This document shows, piece after piece, positions 11,680-24,641 of a DNA stretch of 64,000 bases. The position numbers and the translations under genes are program-made. Source of the stretch: Podarcis vaucheri (taxonomy: Eukaryota); the NCBI GenBank assembly GCA_965113315.1, contig OZ220372.1; one strand, 5' to 3'. A model generated the notes under the pieces. That model ran no database searches, was not told the DNA's origin, and saw nothing but the letters and a program-made list of their open reading frames with translations. The number at the start of each line of letters is the position of its first letter. Position 1 is the first letter of the stretch.

Positions 11680-14600
11680 ATTGCTATTCTGCCAGGCTAG
11701 CAATAGACACCCACCTACCCAGCCTAACTAGAGTAAATGAATGCTCTTTTAACTGTCAAGAATTATAAATTGGGGTAAAGGTTTAATGAAAGAGTGCTCT
11801 TTCTCTCTCCCCCCCCCCCATTTGCCCGAAGCATCAGAGATGCACATTGGAAAGCAAGGCTTGTTGTTAAAATACTGCTGACAGTTACCATATATGACGT
11901 TATCTCTCTCTGCACATCTGACAATCTTTCTTCTGGACAGCAATGCTGGGGTGGAGAATCCTGAAACTCAGGAGCTATAAGTAAAAATGCTTGGAAACAA
12001 TATAATGTGGGTGCCCCTTTCAGAAATGAATTTGTTCAAAATTGCTGGAGGGTTACCCTACAAAGAGTCTTTCTCCCAATCTAGGTGACTTCCCAACACA
12101 CACTCAACTGCCATAATAATGAGCCAATTTCTATGGAAATAGACTTGTTATTATTTAATCAGTCCTCCATCTAAGTGATTCATGAACTTCTTGTTGAAAT
12201 TCAATAACCAGTCCATGAATTTCTGAAGACGTCTGAAGGCAGGGGGACTCCAACAAGCCACCAAGAAGTGGTACACTCATTGTGCTGATGATTAATGCAG
12301 GACCATTTACCTCAAAGTAGGTATAAACTTCTCAGTTAAGGTCACATAATACAGATGCCACTTACCTCGGAGTGCTGAGCGCTGCCCACAGTTTTGCCAG
12401 CTTGAGCAGGGACAGGGGAACCAGAACAGATGGCAGGCTATCTGTTTTATGCTGCAGAGAGGGTCAGGCACAATGTTTGGGGTCTCCTGGAATCAGAGGC
12501 TGCAGCAATAGAAGAAACAGGACCCTCTTGGGATGTGAACACTCTGCACTCCCTCCATCTAAATTCAGGTTGTACATAAGTGTAAACAAGCCATGTATCA
12601 TAAAGACACCGTAGACTCCACTGTGCCTCATTGTCCAAAAGGAAACGTAAACCCTGCTAAGTGCGCCTGGTGCCCCTGGAATCTTGCAGCACTTGGAGAT
12701 GGGGTGGCATGTGACAATACTAACAAGGGCAATGTGAAATGGAATTTGAGAATACTCTGATAAATGGCCCATTTTAATGGCTTGGGGAATTAAGCATGAG
12801 ACTGAAGTTCCCATGTGTCTGTATTCTGGCAGGGTAACAAAGCAATCCTAGCTGCGCAGTGGGGGGCACAGGGCATTCTTGCAGCTTTGTCAACTCCTGC
12901 CAGACAGGTGTGAGAAGTTTTTCCACTGGTTTTGCTTCATCAGCTGCAGATTAGTTACTCAGCACTTGTTACCACCCAGAGCTGAGGAGCCTGTTACAGA
13001 AACATTTGTAATTGCCAGTGAGCATTGCCAATGGTTTTGGGAGTTGTAGCCCAAAACTTCTAGGGGGCACCATAATAGTGGAGACTGCCCTAAGCCATCA
13101 TCACTTTTCCAGCCAAAGCAAAGAAAATGGAAGGTGTTTACTATGGGCTGGTTTGCAAAGGGTTGTCTGTACTCTTTATCAAAAGACATAGCAACCGCAT
13201 TGTTCTTCTGTGTTTCATTCTTAGGTTGCATTTATTTTTGTAAGCCTTTCAAATGCTATTTTAATTCCAAAAGTGAATACACTTTAATTGCTCTAACAGA
13301 AACAAAAGGAATCCCAGAATCCTAGTGTTGTTTCACGCGGTACAAATAAATATACAAAAGCAACATGTTTTTCCAGCGAGAAATCTTACAAGTGCTTACA
13401 AGGTTCTGCTTATATCAAGCTGGTATAGCTATATGCATATAGATTTGCTGCTTTTCAACCAATTCCCCCTCTGCGTTCTTCTGATCCCTGAACATTGTAT
13501 CACTCTGCTAATATTTATTTATAGCTTGCTCAAGTGCTCTCGCTCTCTCTCTGCATATATACTGTAGAATATATATAACATTTGCATTTCTGCATTGCTC
13601 ATTTTGCAGAAACTAATGAATTAATCTCAGTGAGACCTAGGAAAAAGTTAATTATTTTGCCTCTTTTTGAAAGCAAAGTAAAGGTACAGAAATGTTAAGC
13701 AAATTGTACAGTTGTAAGAAGAACTTTTTCAATTTGTAATAACTGGGTGTAACAATCACCCCTGTGCTTCCTGAAAAGGCTAATTTAATCACACCAGGTT
13801 TGGGGATCACTATCAATTAGCATTTCTCCACATTTCAAATGCACAGCATCTGGAGGCCACTGATGATCCACATGGTAGAGAGGTTTAGGGGACCAGCACA
13901 GGTGAAGGAACAATCCATCCAGCTTGCTTCTCATATTTACCGTATTGTTGTGGGGGATTTAAAAAGCCTACCTCTTGATGTGGCATTTGTCAGCCAGGAA
14001 GAAGTTGACAACTCATAGGGTCCAGTTCCTCTTAGTGTGGGGAGAGGGGGAGGGGAAAGAATATGTCTCCATCTCCCAGGCAAATGGCCTTCACTTTTTG
14101 ACTTGCTGCACTGGTAGCTTCAGTGTTCAGCAGCCTAGCAATGTGAGTCTTTTGTTCCAATCCATATATTCATGCTCCAGTCACATATACTTACGGCTGA
14201 CTAGATGAGACGTAAAGTGAATAAGGATGTACATCCCAATGAAAGCAGTGCATTGCAGATGGCTGGCATGCTTTCCCTCTCCTTGCTGAAACTACTTCCT
14301 TATGAACAGTTCTGTACCAGTTCACAAAAACATTCTGACATTGCCAAAAAGTAGAGGGGGCATATTTTGGAAGTTAGGTGCTCTCGCCCCCCCCCCCCAT
14401 TTGACAGCATACCATTAAGAGGAGAGAGGAAAAGGAAAGCAAAAAAAAAAAAAAGCAATGGGAACCTACCAACGAAGGCCTGGGCTATTTAAATGAATGA
14501 AGAAATGCAAAACAGATTCCAGATACAGAATAAATATTTGTATACATGTTGATTCTCTTCTACCCTAACAATTTCACACTGAGCTGCGTATTGCCATGTT

Positions 14601-14810
14601 CTTGGTGTTCCACTTACAGTTCTTATTCCATTTCAAATGCTTTATAAATTAATACGCTCTAATAAAGTGCAACATTGGTGCAACATTCACAGGGCCTTGC
14701 CTGCATAGTTCCTGCATGATCAAGTATTATAGGGTGCCACTATCAATAGACATTACTAATGGCTGTTGTATCTACTTTTTGCTGTCTGGACTATCCACAG
14801 GCTTAGCAAC

Positions 14811-14964
14811 TAGGGAGCTGCCTTATCCCAGGTCAAATTATTTGTCCATTTGGCCCACTACTGTCTACTCAGAGTGGTTACAGTTCTCCAGGGTCTCAAC
14901 TGGAAGTCTTTCCTTTTGTCTGTTTCCTGCATGTAAATTTTATGCTCTGCCACTGAGCTATGGG
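14811..14964 (-). mobile_element. tRNA-derived SINE (Squam2-like), internally deleted
   Basis: The minus strand reads CCATAGCTCAGTGGCAGAGCAT (A box)...CCCTGGAGAACTG...GTAGACAGTAGTGGGCCAAATGGAC...ATAAGGCAGCTCCCTA. Homologous to 43653-43843. Confidence 0.65.
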
Positions 14965-16200
14965 TTGATTGGTCTGGCCTGGTATCAGCTATATCGCTCA
15001 AAACTACCAGATCTGGGTGATGGCTGCAGTGGATTTCTGTGGCTACAATCTGAAAGGGGAAACCACTTTCTGTCAAAATGCTATGTTGGTGTTCCTTGCC
15101 AGGAGGGGAGGGGTCCCTTTAGGGTTCTGTGGCATCCTAAAAAGAGTTGATGGGAAGGGAAATGACAACTGGTTTTTCATCCATCTGCTTGACATTCCCT
15201 AGCTTATTAGTAAGGCAGATTTGTACTTCCAGCCATCTGTTAGCCCCCACGCCTATTTCCACCTCTTAAGCAATATCATGGTTTTCTGGGGGAAATCTTA
15301 TCCTTTCCCCTCCAGTCTCACCCCAGAGTTTTGTTATGGGATAAAATTGAATTGAAGGATGTTCTCCCCCACCATGTAGAAACATTCCATCAATATATTT
15401 TGCATAACAATAACTAGACTAGCAAAAGGAGTATGGGTGGCGGGGGAGGTGGCTGTTTTAGAAGCATCAGGGTAGATATTTTGAGAGAGAAATACTCTGT
15501 TGAATATTTTGCAGCTTGTGCCTTTTCTTTTTTACACAAGCTGGCCAATTTTTCCTTTCTGTCTTGAAACTATTTATTGTGTCCAGAAAGACAATAGATG
15601 CTTCATTCTTTAACAGAGAGCTAGAGAGTGACCTACTTTTAAAGAAATCTTCCTATGATGTTTCTTGGTAATGCAAGGATTAAAACTCACTCTCTGAATT
15701 CAACTTCCCTGTATGTAAAATAAGTACTATCACATGAAATTGAAGGTTCAGTTCTTATGCCCACTTTCAGTCTTTATCTTTGTTTATAATTTTCATGGTT
15801 GTACAGTGTTCTTGTGATAGCACCACTATATAGAACATAATAACAGATTGCCATAACTTGAAAATCACTAAACATTTGATTTTACCATGTGTTCTTATCG
15901 TATCACTGGTAAATATTATCATGTGATTGTAAACTCTGGAAATTACATTGGTAATAGAATGCACTTCATAGATAGGAGAGAAGCAAAACTGTCCTCCACA
16001 ACCAATATTTTATCTGGGCTTTTCAATCAGTCAGAGTTCATTCCTTCATAATTACTTGCAGTTGTGGCCTTTTCGAGTTGGCTCCAGTCACCTAGCAATT
16101 ACTAATAGATGTCTCACAGAGGCATGAACATCCCAAGTACACCCATTACTCAACAATGTACCCTTATGCATATCTGCGTCATCTTCTGAGATATAATCAG

Positions 16201-16285
16201 AAGAAGTGTGCATGCACACGAAAGCTCATACCAAGAACTAACTTAGTTGGTCTTTAAGGTGCTACTGGAAAGAATTTTTTTATTT
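16201..16285 (+). mobile_element. 85-bp 5'-truncated Penelope-like (pLTR) insertion containing a partial minimal hammerhead ribozyme
   Basis: Perfect 14-bp TSD TGAGATATAATCAG (16187-16200, 16286-16299). The insert AAGAA-GTGTGCATGCACAC-GAAAGCTCATACC...TTAGTTGGTCTTTAAGGTGCTAC matches my recollection of reptile Penelope pLTR motifs. Confidence 0.75.
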
Positions 16286-18815
16286 TGAGATATAATCAGT
16301 CACTGATGAAAATGCATGCATGAATTCGCCCCTTTAAAAAAATCAGGAAGAACTTTGTAGCAGATCATTTGACATTGGCTGAAGCTCAGAACCGTGTTCT
16401 CCGGTACCATCATGAAGCATCATTCTTCTGAGAACTCCATCCCCGTTAATATCTCATTAACAGATCTACCCTTTATTTGAACCTCATTTCTTCTCCCCCA
16501 TCTTTTAAAATGGATCTTGTGGTTTTATTGCTATAGTAGATGCTATGTCACCACTGGATTTCTCTGCTGCGCAATTTGCTGTGATTTGAGTTGAGCTCAG
16601 TGCTGCCATCTCAGTGCCTTCTGTTCTTGTTCTTTCCTAATTCATCAGTTCTAGTCAGTGTCCTTGTTCAGCCCAGTTCTTCGTGGGCCTTGGGAATGTG
16701 AGCTGATATTACTGGCTGCAATCATATTTGCAGAAACCTTTACATCTACGGAGAATTGCACCAGCTTTCAGAGCCAATCAGTCCATCAGTCAAATAGATG
16801 GAATGAAGGAAAGTACTATTGAACCAATATGACTGGCATAAAGGTTTGACATAATTTTTTATTTTTCAGCTTGTGATTCTTTTAATATCTATGTATCTTT
16901 AATAATTAACATTTATATGAATATTCTTTCATCATATATATAAGAGAGAGAGAGTTCAATTTTCCACCGAACTAAAATGTAGAACCATACAGAAATTTAT
17001 TATAGAAAACTGGGGGGAAGTTATCAAAATCCATAGGAACAACAAAACAGGATAGTTTTCAGTGGGAGATGAGAGATGCAGGGTTTAAAGAAGTGGGAAG
17101 ATTTGGCTGAACATTATGAACAGAGAGGAAGCATAAGAGAGGCAAGATGTAAGTTGGGTTGGTATTGCATTTAGAACCTTGTGTGAGAGGAAAGCTTTGC
17201 CAGAAATAGAAGATAATATAGGATACTATATTTATGACAGGTTCAAAAGAACAGAAAAGGAAAAGAGAGAAACCTCTTGAAATTAAAACTTCAAAATTTC
17301 AGCTGTGTTCTGGAAATGCTTCCCTGCTCAATAAATAACAGGAATTGCTTAAAACCCTCCAGGCTGTTCCCATGACTCGAGGCCACCTGCCCCAAGATCT
17401 GCTGTCTTGCTGTAACTTGCTGTAAACATATTATTCCCAGGGTACGCTGCTGAAAAGCTCCACAGAATGGCAGCTCTCGCTTGCAGCTTGAACACAGATT
17501 AACAGTGCTCTGTTAAGTCCTTGTGGAATAAATGTAATATACACCGAACAGGCCAAACTCCAGAACACTATACTAGGTCTACATCCTCACTAAGAGCCCA
17601 ATCCCAACTAGAGATATAAGAAGGCATCATTTTCTAGTCTACCCTGAATTTGTTACATGTAGCAATGTTTCTGCTGCAGTTTGTCTTCCCTGAAAAACAA
17701 TGCTATTTGTCACACTTTCTTATGTAAGCCACAGTTTGTCTCCTGGGTGGGCTGACCCTGACCCTACTTGTAACAGGGGATAGGTTCCAGTGGGCACAGT
17801 GGGAATTGTTTTTGAATGAAAATGCATGGGATTGCAGTGCAAGAGTCTTTCAGATTCCAGAGCATCTGTAAAAATGGAGGCTGACTATTAAGCTCATTGG
17901 TTGTGGAATGGAAACTAAAATGAAAGGTTAATGGTGGATTGCTGTCATGTTTAGATGATGTTTGAGAATTATGAGATGGCTCTGTGTTGTACTCACACAG
18001 AAGTGTCTAGGCTTATGTATTAGTTTCTAATTCTGTTGAAAGGGAATTGCCCATGCTCTTGAAGTTGGGACTCAACCTCTGGGCTGGTGCAGCAATAGCC
18101 ATTGGTGCAATTGCACTAGCACTTCCTGTACGCCTATAGCCATATAACGGCCAGAGCAGTGATGAGTCCTCTGTGCTGGTGTAGACCTCCTTGCATCTTT
18201 TGGACAGCTGAGTGATTCCAGCAGCTTTCAATATTTCATTAGCTAAGCAGAAGCACAATTGCTTTCGACAGCTCTTCAAAAAGAAGATGAGAGCACCTCA
18301 TACGTGTTAATAAAAAGACTGCATGTCTGTACATATTTTTACTTTTTAATGAACCATTCTCAGAGTACAAAGTAGCTTACAAACACGTCTCAGCGAAGCC
18401 TCAGCATCTCAGGAATGGACTGTGGTGCAAACTACCTGCCATCCTTACTACCTGTAGGGCTTTGTAGAAAGGTGGAGCCACCACATCTGCAGCAAGGTCA
18501 TATCTGCAGTAGAAGGTGGTTGGCAGGACATCAGTCTCTATCCCTGTAAGACAGCTATAGGAAGACAGTCAGCAAAGTAATACTATCTAAGAAGACTGAA
18601 TTGATAGAATTTTCAATTTGAGGCAATAAGAGTGTGTGTGTGTTTGTGTGGCTTTTACAGCATGTGAGACAGTTTTGCCTGAGTATCTGTGAAGACTCAC
18701 AGATACCCCTAACCTGTCTAGTCAAGTAAATGTATTCTTTTAAAAAAGTGAGTTAAGAGAGCTAGTGCCAGCTCTAGCATATTAATCCTGTCTTTATGTA
18801 AAAAAAAAAAAAAAA

Positions 18816-19169
18816 GGTAAAGGACCCCTGACAGTTAAGTCCAGTCGCAAATGACTCTGGGGTTGTGCGCTCATCTCACTTTACTGGCCGAGGGAGCAGA
18901 CGTTTGTCCGCAGACAGTTTTTCCGGGTCATGTGGCCAACATGACTAAGCCGCTTCTGGAGAAACCAGAGCAGCACACTGAAATGTTGTTTACCTTCCTG
19001 CCGGAGCGGTACCAATTTATCTACTTGCACTTTGATGTGCTTTCAAACTGCTAGGTTGGCAGGAGCTGGAACCGAACAATGGGAGCTCACCCCGTCGTGG
19101 GGATTCGAACTGCCAACCTTCCGATCGGCAAGCCCAAGGCTCAATGGTTTACATCACAGTGCCACTCCC
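18816..19169 (-). mobile_element. Sauria SINE, older or different subfamily
   Basis: Colinear with 765-1127, with B box GGTTGGCAGTTCGAATCC on the minus strand and an ACCTTT tail. More CpG decay and a different subterminal segment (CCCCTGACAGTTAAGTCCAGTC). Abuts an A-tract. Confidence 0.9.
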
Positions 19170-19294
19170 AAAACTAAATTCCGTCTAATCAAGACAAAAG
19201 CTGAAGGCAAACTGGGATGTTTTTAATAGTCTCAATGTAACCCACACTTGCCTAGATCGCCTGGATTTTACTATAACAGTTGCTGTTGACATTT

Positions 19295-19531
19295 CAGTGG
19301 TACCTCGGGTTACAGATGCTTCAGGTTACAGATGCTTCAGGTTACAAACTCTGCTAACCTAGAAATAGTACCTCGGGTTAAGAACTTTGCTTCAGGATGA
19401 GAACAAAAATCGCGCAGCAGCAGTGTGGTGGCGGTGGGAGGCCCCATTAGCTAAAGTGGTACTTCAGGTTAAGAACAGTTTCAGGTTAAGAATGGACCTC
19501 CAGAACGAATTCTTAACCCGAGGTACCACTG
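19295..19531. mobile_element. Tigger/pogo-type MITE family A
   Basis: 18-bp perfect TIR CAGTGGTACCTCGGGTTA/TAACCCGAGGTACCACTG, TA on the right flank, internal tandem GGTTACAGATGCTTCA. Confidence 0.9.
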
Positions 19532-19785
19532 TACTAGCAACCCTCACCAAGACATCTAATACATATAAATTGTTTCTCTTATTCTCTTTGTATAGCCTTG
19601 ATGGTGCTGATGGATTAAACTGACCATTGCATCTTTTGCTTTTTGCATTTATTTCCTTCACATTTATATTGCCATATATAATATTCTCTGACTGAACTGT
19701 AGGGAAACCACTTTTTGGGGAGGTCTGTTCTTTGTTAGCTGGAATTAATTTAGACTTAAGACTCTTCCAATCCAATCATCTAAAC

Positions 19786-19923
19786 CAGTGATGGGGAACC
19801 TGTGGCCCTCCTGATTTTGTCAGACTCAAACTCCCATGCCCCCAAGCCAGCAAGGTCAATAATCGGGGATGATGGGAGCCGTAGTCCAACTGAATTTGGA
19901 GGGCTGCAGGTTCCCTATGCCTG
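19786..19923. mobile_element. Palindromic hAT-type MITE, full length
   Basis: TIR-like CAGTGATGGGGAACCTG / CAGGTTCCCTATGCCTG, whole element folds back, 8-bp TSD ATCTAAAC/ATCTAAAG (7/8 match). Confidence 0.85.
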
Positions 19924-22232
19924 ATCTAAAGTGTGGGAAGAAAGCACAAATCCCTTTAGAAGGGCAGCAGGGTGGTGGTGATGGTGTTAAGCCATAAGAA
20001 GAGGCCTAACTAGTCCATTATCCTGTTTCCCACAATGGAAAGATGCCTATAGGAAGCCCACAAGCAGGAAATGGGGGCACATTTTAATTTCTCATTTGAA
20101 ACTGCCCTCTATGCTGCTACACTTCTCATAGCATCTGGGTTGCATAACTTTCTTGGGGTGTGTGTGTTAATTTCTGAAATACGATTACAATTTAATTCTT
20201 AAGTGAAAGGTTAAATCAGTGCAGTGGCTTTACAGTGGCACCCGTGACTCTGGATAAGATTTTCCAATACACTCCCCACCTGCAAACTTGCTTCCAATAA
20301 AAGAAGCACAGTCCCCCACCCTTCCCTACTTCTGGCTGTTCATACTTAACATCTTTTTTCTGACTGCCATTTCCAATTTCATTTGCATTAAGACTTCTTT
20401 GCTGAGAAGCCTTTTCCCTCTTCCATTTAATTCTCAAATTAACCTATATACACGGGGGGGGCACACCTCTCTTTGGCCCACGGATTTAGGATCCATCATA
20501 TCAAGATGGATTATGGGGTCTTTAAATTTTGACGTTCTTTGAAATGCAGGCTCCTCACTGTGTCTGCCGTCATGTGCCCTGCAACCCTGCATAAGTGAAG
20601 CGATTTCAAGGGATGAGAGCAGGATTGCGATGCTTAGGTTCACCGACTTCAGTTTCTGCAGCCTGTTTTAAGAGCCAGTCAGTGGCCTGTCTTTGGTCTT
20701 CTACTGCCTTTATATCCGTCGGCAGACTGTAACGGTGACTCTTGCGTTCTGAATGCTGGTTTCACTATGAGTGGTTTTGACAGTGGCAGTCCCACAGCAT
20801 CAGCTGGTGTGTGGCATGTACCAGGTTACATAAACAATGCTGTCATTTTCAAGAGTTGTGTAGCATGCCTCTGTTCGGTGCTGCCTGTGCACGTGAGGCT
20901 TCCCTTGCTTGCCAGCTTGTGAGAAAATGGCTGGCTGGCATTGGAAGATTCGTTTCATGTGGCTGTTGTTAGTTCAGCAGTTTGGTTCCTTTTCAGGAGT
21001 TTGCCACTGCAGACACTGCTGTGCACTGACTGGAACATGCTAAAAGCTCCAGGGGATTGCCAGATGAGAACCTGTTATATTTAGAAATATGCAACCTCTA
21101 AGCCAGGATGCATAATGGAAGTTGTCTCTCCTGGGAGGTTTACATAATCATCAAAGCCTATTCTTTCTGTAATATTTTCCCAAACACTATTTGATCATAA
21201 CACAATGGGACAAATATCAGGAAATGTGAGCCTTTAAAGTGATATAAGACTTGTTCTCTACTAAAGAAGCAACTATGAACATTTCATTTCATCCTCATGT
21301 TTCCATCTACTATTTATTCCAGCTTCATAGTGACATTGAATGGCAATTTTTAAATTAAGAGTGAGATTCCCACTTACCGATTCAGCATTTGGAAAGACTG
21401 TTCTGCCTTACAATTCATTGCGGAGGAAAGCATTTTAATAAATCACTGAAATTGGCTTCAGGTTTTTGGGTGTGTGTTTTTTTTCATATTGTGCTCTGCT
21501 GCCATGGATGAGAAGTCTATTAAAAATGAGCCATAGAATATTGTCTTGGATATATGGAGCTAGGTACTGAGACCTTTTTGTAAACCTATTGCAAGCATGA
21601 CTCTTTTTTCTTTTTGGTTAAATATTTGTGTTTACTTTTAGAAAAGGCACAATCCAGGCAAAGATAAAAGAATCCCAATTATTTTAATAGAAGAGATTTA
21701 AGCAAATGCTGAAGTCAATGTGGCACAGCAGTGCTTAATTTTGGCTAGATGGTTTCAACTTTATCCAGGGGCTTCAGTGCACTCATATGGGTTCAGAGGT
21801 CCACAGAGATGTTTGCATGAGATGGACTCACCCCAAAAGAATGTCCTTACAGAGATTTTCCTGACATTGAAGGAATTCTCCAAATGTGTGCACAAAGAAA
21901 CTTTGGATCTCATACTATAGACAACTGTTTATTATGGAGGAATGCTGGCAAAAAGCCTTTTTATAGATGACGACGATTCATGTTACCTTTTTTGAAGTCA
22001 TCCATCTCTCAAAACAGGAAAAAAGAAAGAGAATGAATTTCTACTATTTGAGTCACCAATGTAAGTGGTGTAGGCTATGTATAGAAGGATACACAATATT
22101 TCAGAGCATGGTCTATGGAGTCTTGTACTGTAGCAAACTTGTAATGTTGCATGCCTGTCATGATGATGGATGGGATATGTGTGGAAGAAGATATTGTATA
22201 CAAAGACACATTGTATCCTCACTCATCCCTAG

Positions 22233-22488
22233 CAAGGCCAGCCCAAGACATTTTGCTGCCTGGGGTGAATGCTAGAATGGCATCTCCTCCCTTCCACACT
22301 TAGCAGCTAACTGTACTTGCAGCTGAATCTTCTTTCAGACTTGGTAATTGGACAGCACACCCGAAGGCAGCAGTCTGTCTCATGAGACACAGGGCATCTG
22401 ACAGGACACACAGTCTTGTCTCCGACACCACCCACACTCTCGCACCTGATGCAGCTTCCCAAACTACCAAATGATGTGATTGGCCCTG
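22233..22488. mobile_element. Old non-autonomous DNA transposon remnant
   Basis: Ends CAAGGCCAGCCCAAGACATTTTGCTGCCTG and GATTGGCCCTG resemble CAGGGCCGG-type TIRs. No TSD. Confidence 0.4.
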
Positions 22489-22725
22489 GATGAGAACCCT
22501 ATGTACCTCCCATAATTTAATTGTATGAGTTAATGCATATAGTAATGAAAGGCCTGTCATTATGATTGATATGATATGTGTGGAAGGAAGACTTGTATGC
22601 TGCAAAGATCATGGACACAAGGAAACATTATATCTGCTGCCACCCTGTGAAGGATTTTTGCCAAAGACCAGAACATCCAGTTTTAGGATGGAGAGCTTTT
22701 GCCTTCGCTTCTACATTGCGGTATC

Positions 22726-22966
22726 CAGTGCTTTTTTTCTGGGGGAACGCAGGCGTATGCATAGCCCCTAAACATTTTGTTAATCTAACGGGAGAAGAAA
22801 CTTTTTTTTATTAAAAAAATAGTTTATTCTCTAGCATGGTGAGTTGTCAGTTCTGTTGCTACCCCTGATGGCGGCCTTTTGTTCATTTACTGTATTTCTT
22901 TTTCCCAATTTCAACTACAAAATGGTAATTTTCTTGAGTTAAAATAAGAGTACCTCTAAACATTTT
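22726..22966. mobile_element. Non-autonomous DNA transposon fragment (CAGTGCTTTTTTTCT end)
   Basis: Starts CAGTGCTTTTTTTCTGGGG and has the motif CC(C/T)CTAAACATTTT near both ends. The right TIR is missing. Confidence 0.5.
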
Positions 22967-24556
22967 AGCCTGAGCTATGTGAACCTGGTTATTAAAATGA
23001 AATTTTGCCTGCAGCCAATGACCGCTTTCACGTGGCAATACTTTGACTCAGTATCATCATCTCTCTCTGCCATATCTCTTCTCTTAATTGGGCTCAGAAA
23101 TTTGCAATGGGTAGATGGAAGTGGCATAAAAAAGATGTATCCTAAACTATATCCACAATCTTCTCACAGAGACTAGAATGATGCTTGTACACATGCCACA
23201 CAAATGAAAATACTGTGGATCAATTTTGGATCTTTGAGAAAAATTGGATTATTATCTTTTTGCAATAGGATAAAAAGTAGGTTTCTTAAATACATTAATT
23301 CTAGAATATTAGCTGGAGAGTGACAATGTCATGTGACAGCATGCCAAAAAATAAAAATGGTTGACTATGCCACCAATGGTAAGTGTGGAAAGGCCTTCAG
23401 TGATGTGGCTAATTCCCCAGACTGTGGAATATTGACTCTGAAAGTTAGGCCTAAACATGTTGGATATTGTTCACAGTCAGTGACCTCAGACATGCTCTTT
23501 CTGTGGGAATATGTGAAAATGACACACAGGGTGAGGGAAGACAAGTGCTCTCATGCTCTGCTCCATGCAGTGGAGATTGACCAGACTGGCTCAAAAATAT
23601 TGTCTGATGCTTCTCATAACTAAGCCATTACTACTGGAGTTGTGGGCACAGCCTTATCTAACATAAAGGGATTTAATTGTTCAGTACAACCCTTGTTATT
23701 TGGGCCTAGGCTATAAAATCTCCCAGTTGTCGAGTTTTATGTCTTTCCCACATTCATTCTGAATGATTTCCTGATTAGATACTCTTTAGGCAGAGTGATC
23801 TGTGTATGGCTATAGAAGTAAGAGCCAGTGAATTTCCTTCAACCTGCTTCCAGGCCAATGTATCTAGGATTGCTGTCATAGTTGACCCTGCCCCCGCAAC
23901 ACACAAAGATCAAGACAGATCTCTGTTCTTAATACTTGCATGTAGTGTGAACCTTTCATATAATGGCATGCTGTAATTTATCTTTTCTAATACATGTACA
24001 TTTTCAAAAGATACTGAGACTACTAAAACCAAGAAAGGTCTTCCAGCATGTGCTGTCATTGAATTTTTCACAGTATTTTGTTTAAAAAAATGCCTTTGCT
24101 CATCAATGAAACCCTTGCCCTCTTTTAATTAAAACTGCATTACTCTTCCTAATAACAACATCTATTTAAGCGATCAGTTAGAAGCCCCTAACATTAATTT
24201 AATGGAGGCACTCCATTGGCATTCTATTAGATTTTCCCAGTTAAATTAGCATGATGGACTTTTAATGGCTGTTGTAATAGACATTATTAATGAGAATATT
24301 GTAAAATTAAAATCTGATTCAATGAGTTTCTTGACTGGCTGTTGCAATGTTATATGAAACCACTGAATTCCAACCTCTAATAATTAACTAGATAACATGT
24401 AATTCAGTAACACCAAGCAATGATAAAATTTGAGACTTGTACTATGTTCAAAGAAAAGAACAGGTTCACATGTGGTATGCATTTATACTTTTTAGTGTGT
24501 ATTTTTTAATTAATCTGACACTATAATACCAGCAGTCATTGAAATAGTAATGATAT

Positions 24557-24561
<5 letters not shown>

Positions 24562-24638
<77 letters not shown>
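24562..24638. repeat. Compound (TC)n(AC)n microsatellite
   Basis: About 21 TC units followed by about 18 AC units. Confidence 0.99.

Positions 24639-24641
<3 letters not shown>

Noticed and set aside
16302-16326. Second hammerhead-like string CTGATGA-AAATGCATGCAT-GAAT beside the Penelope insert
   Set aside because: GAAT replaces the invariant GAAA and no stem I or III is evident, so it is probably coincidence.
19295-19531. CRISPR-like or functional tandem array (GGTTACAGATGCTTCA units; also the repeats in 48130-48359)
   Set aside because: These are subterminal repeats inside TIR-bounded MITEs, with no unique spacers and no cas genes, in a vertebrate context.
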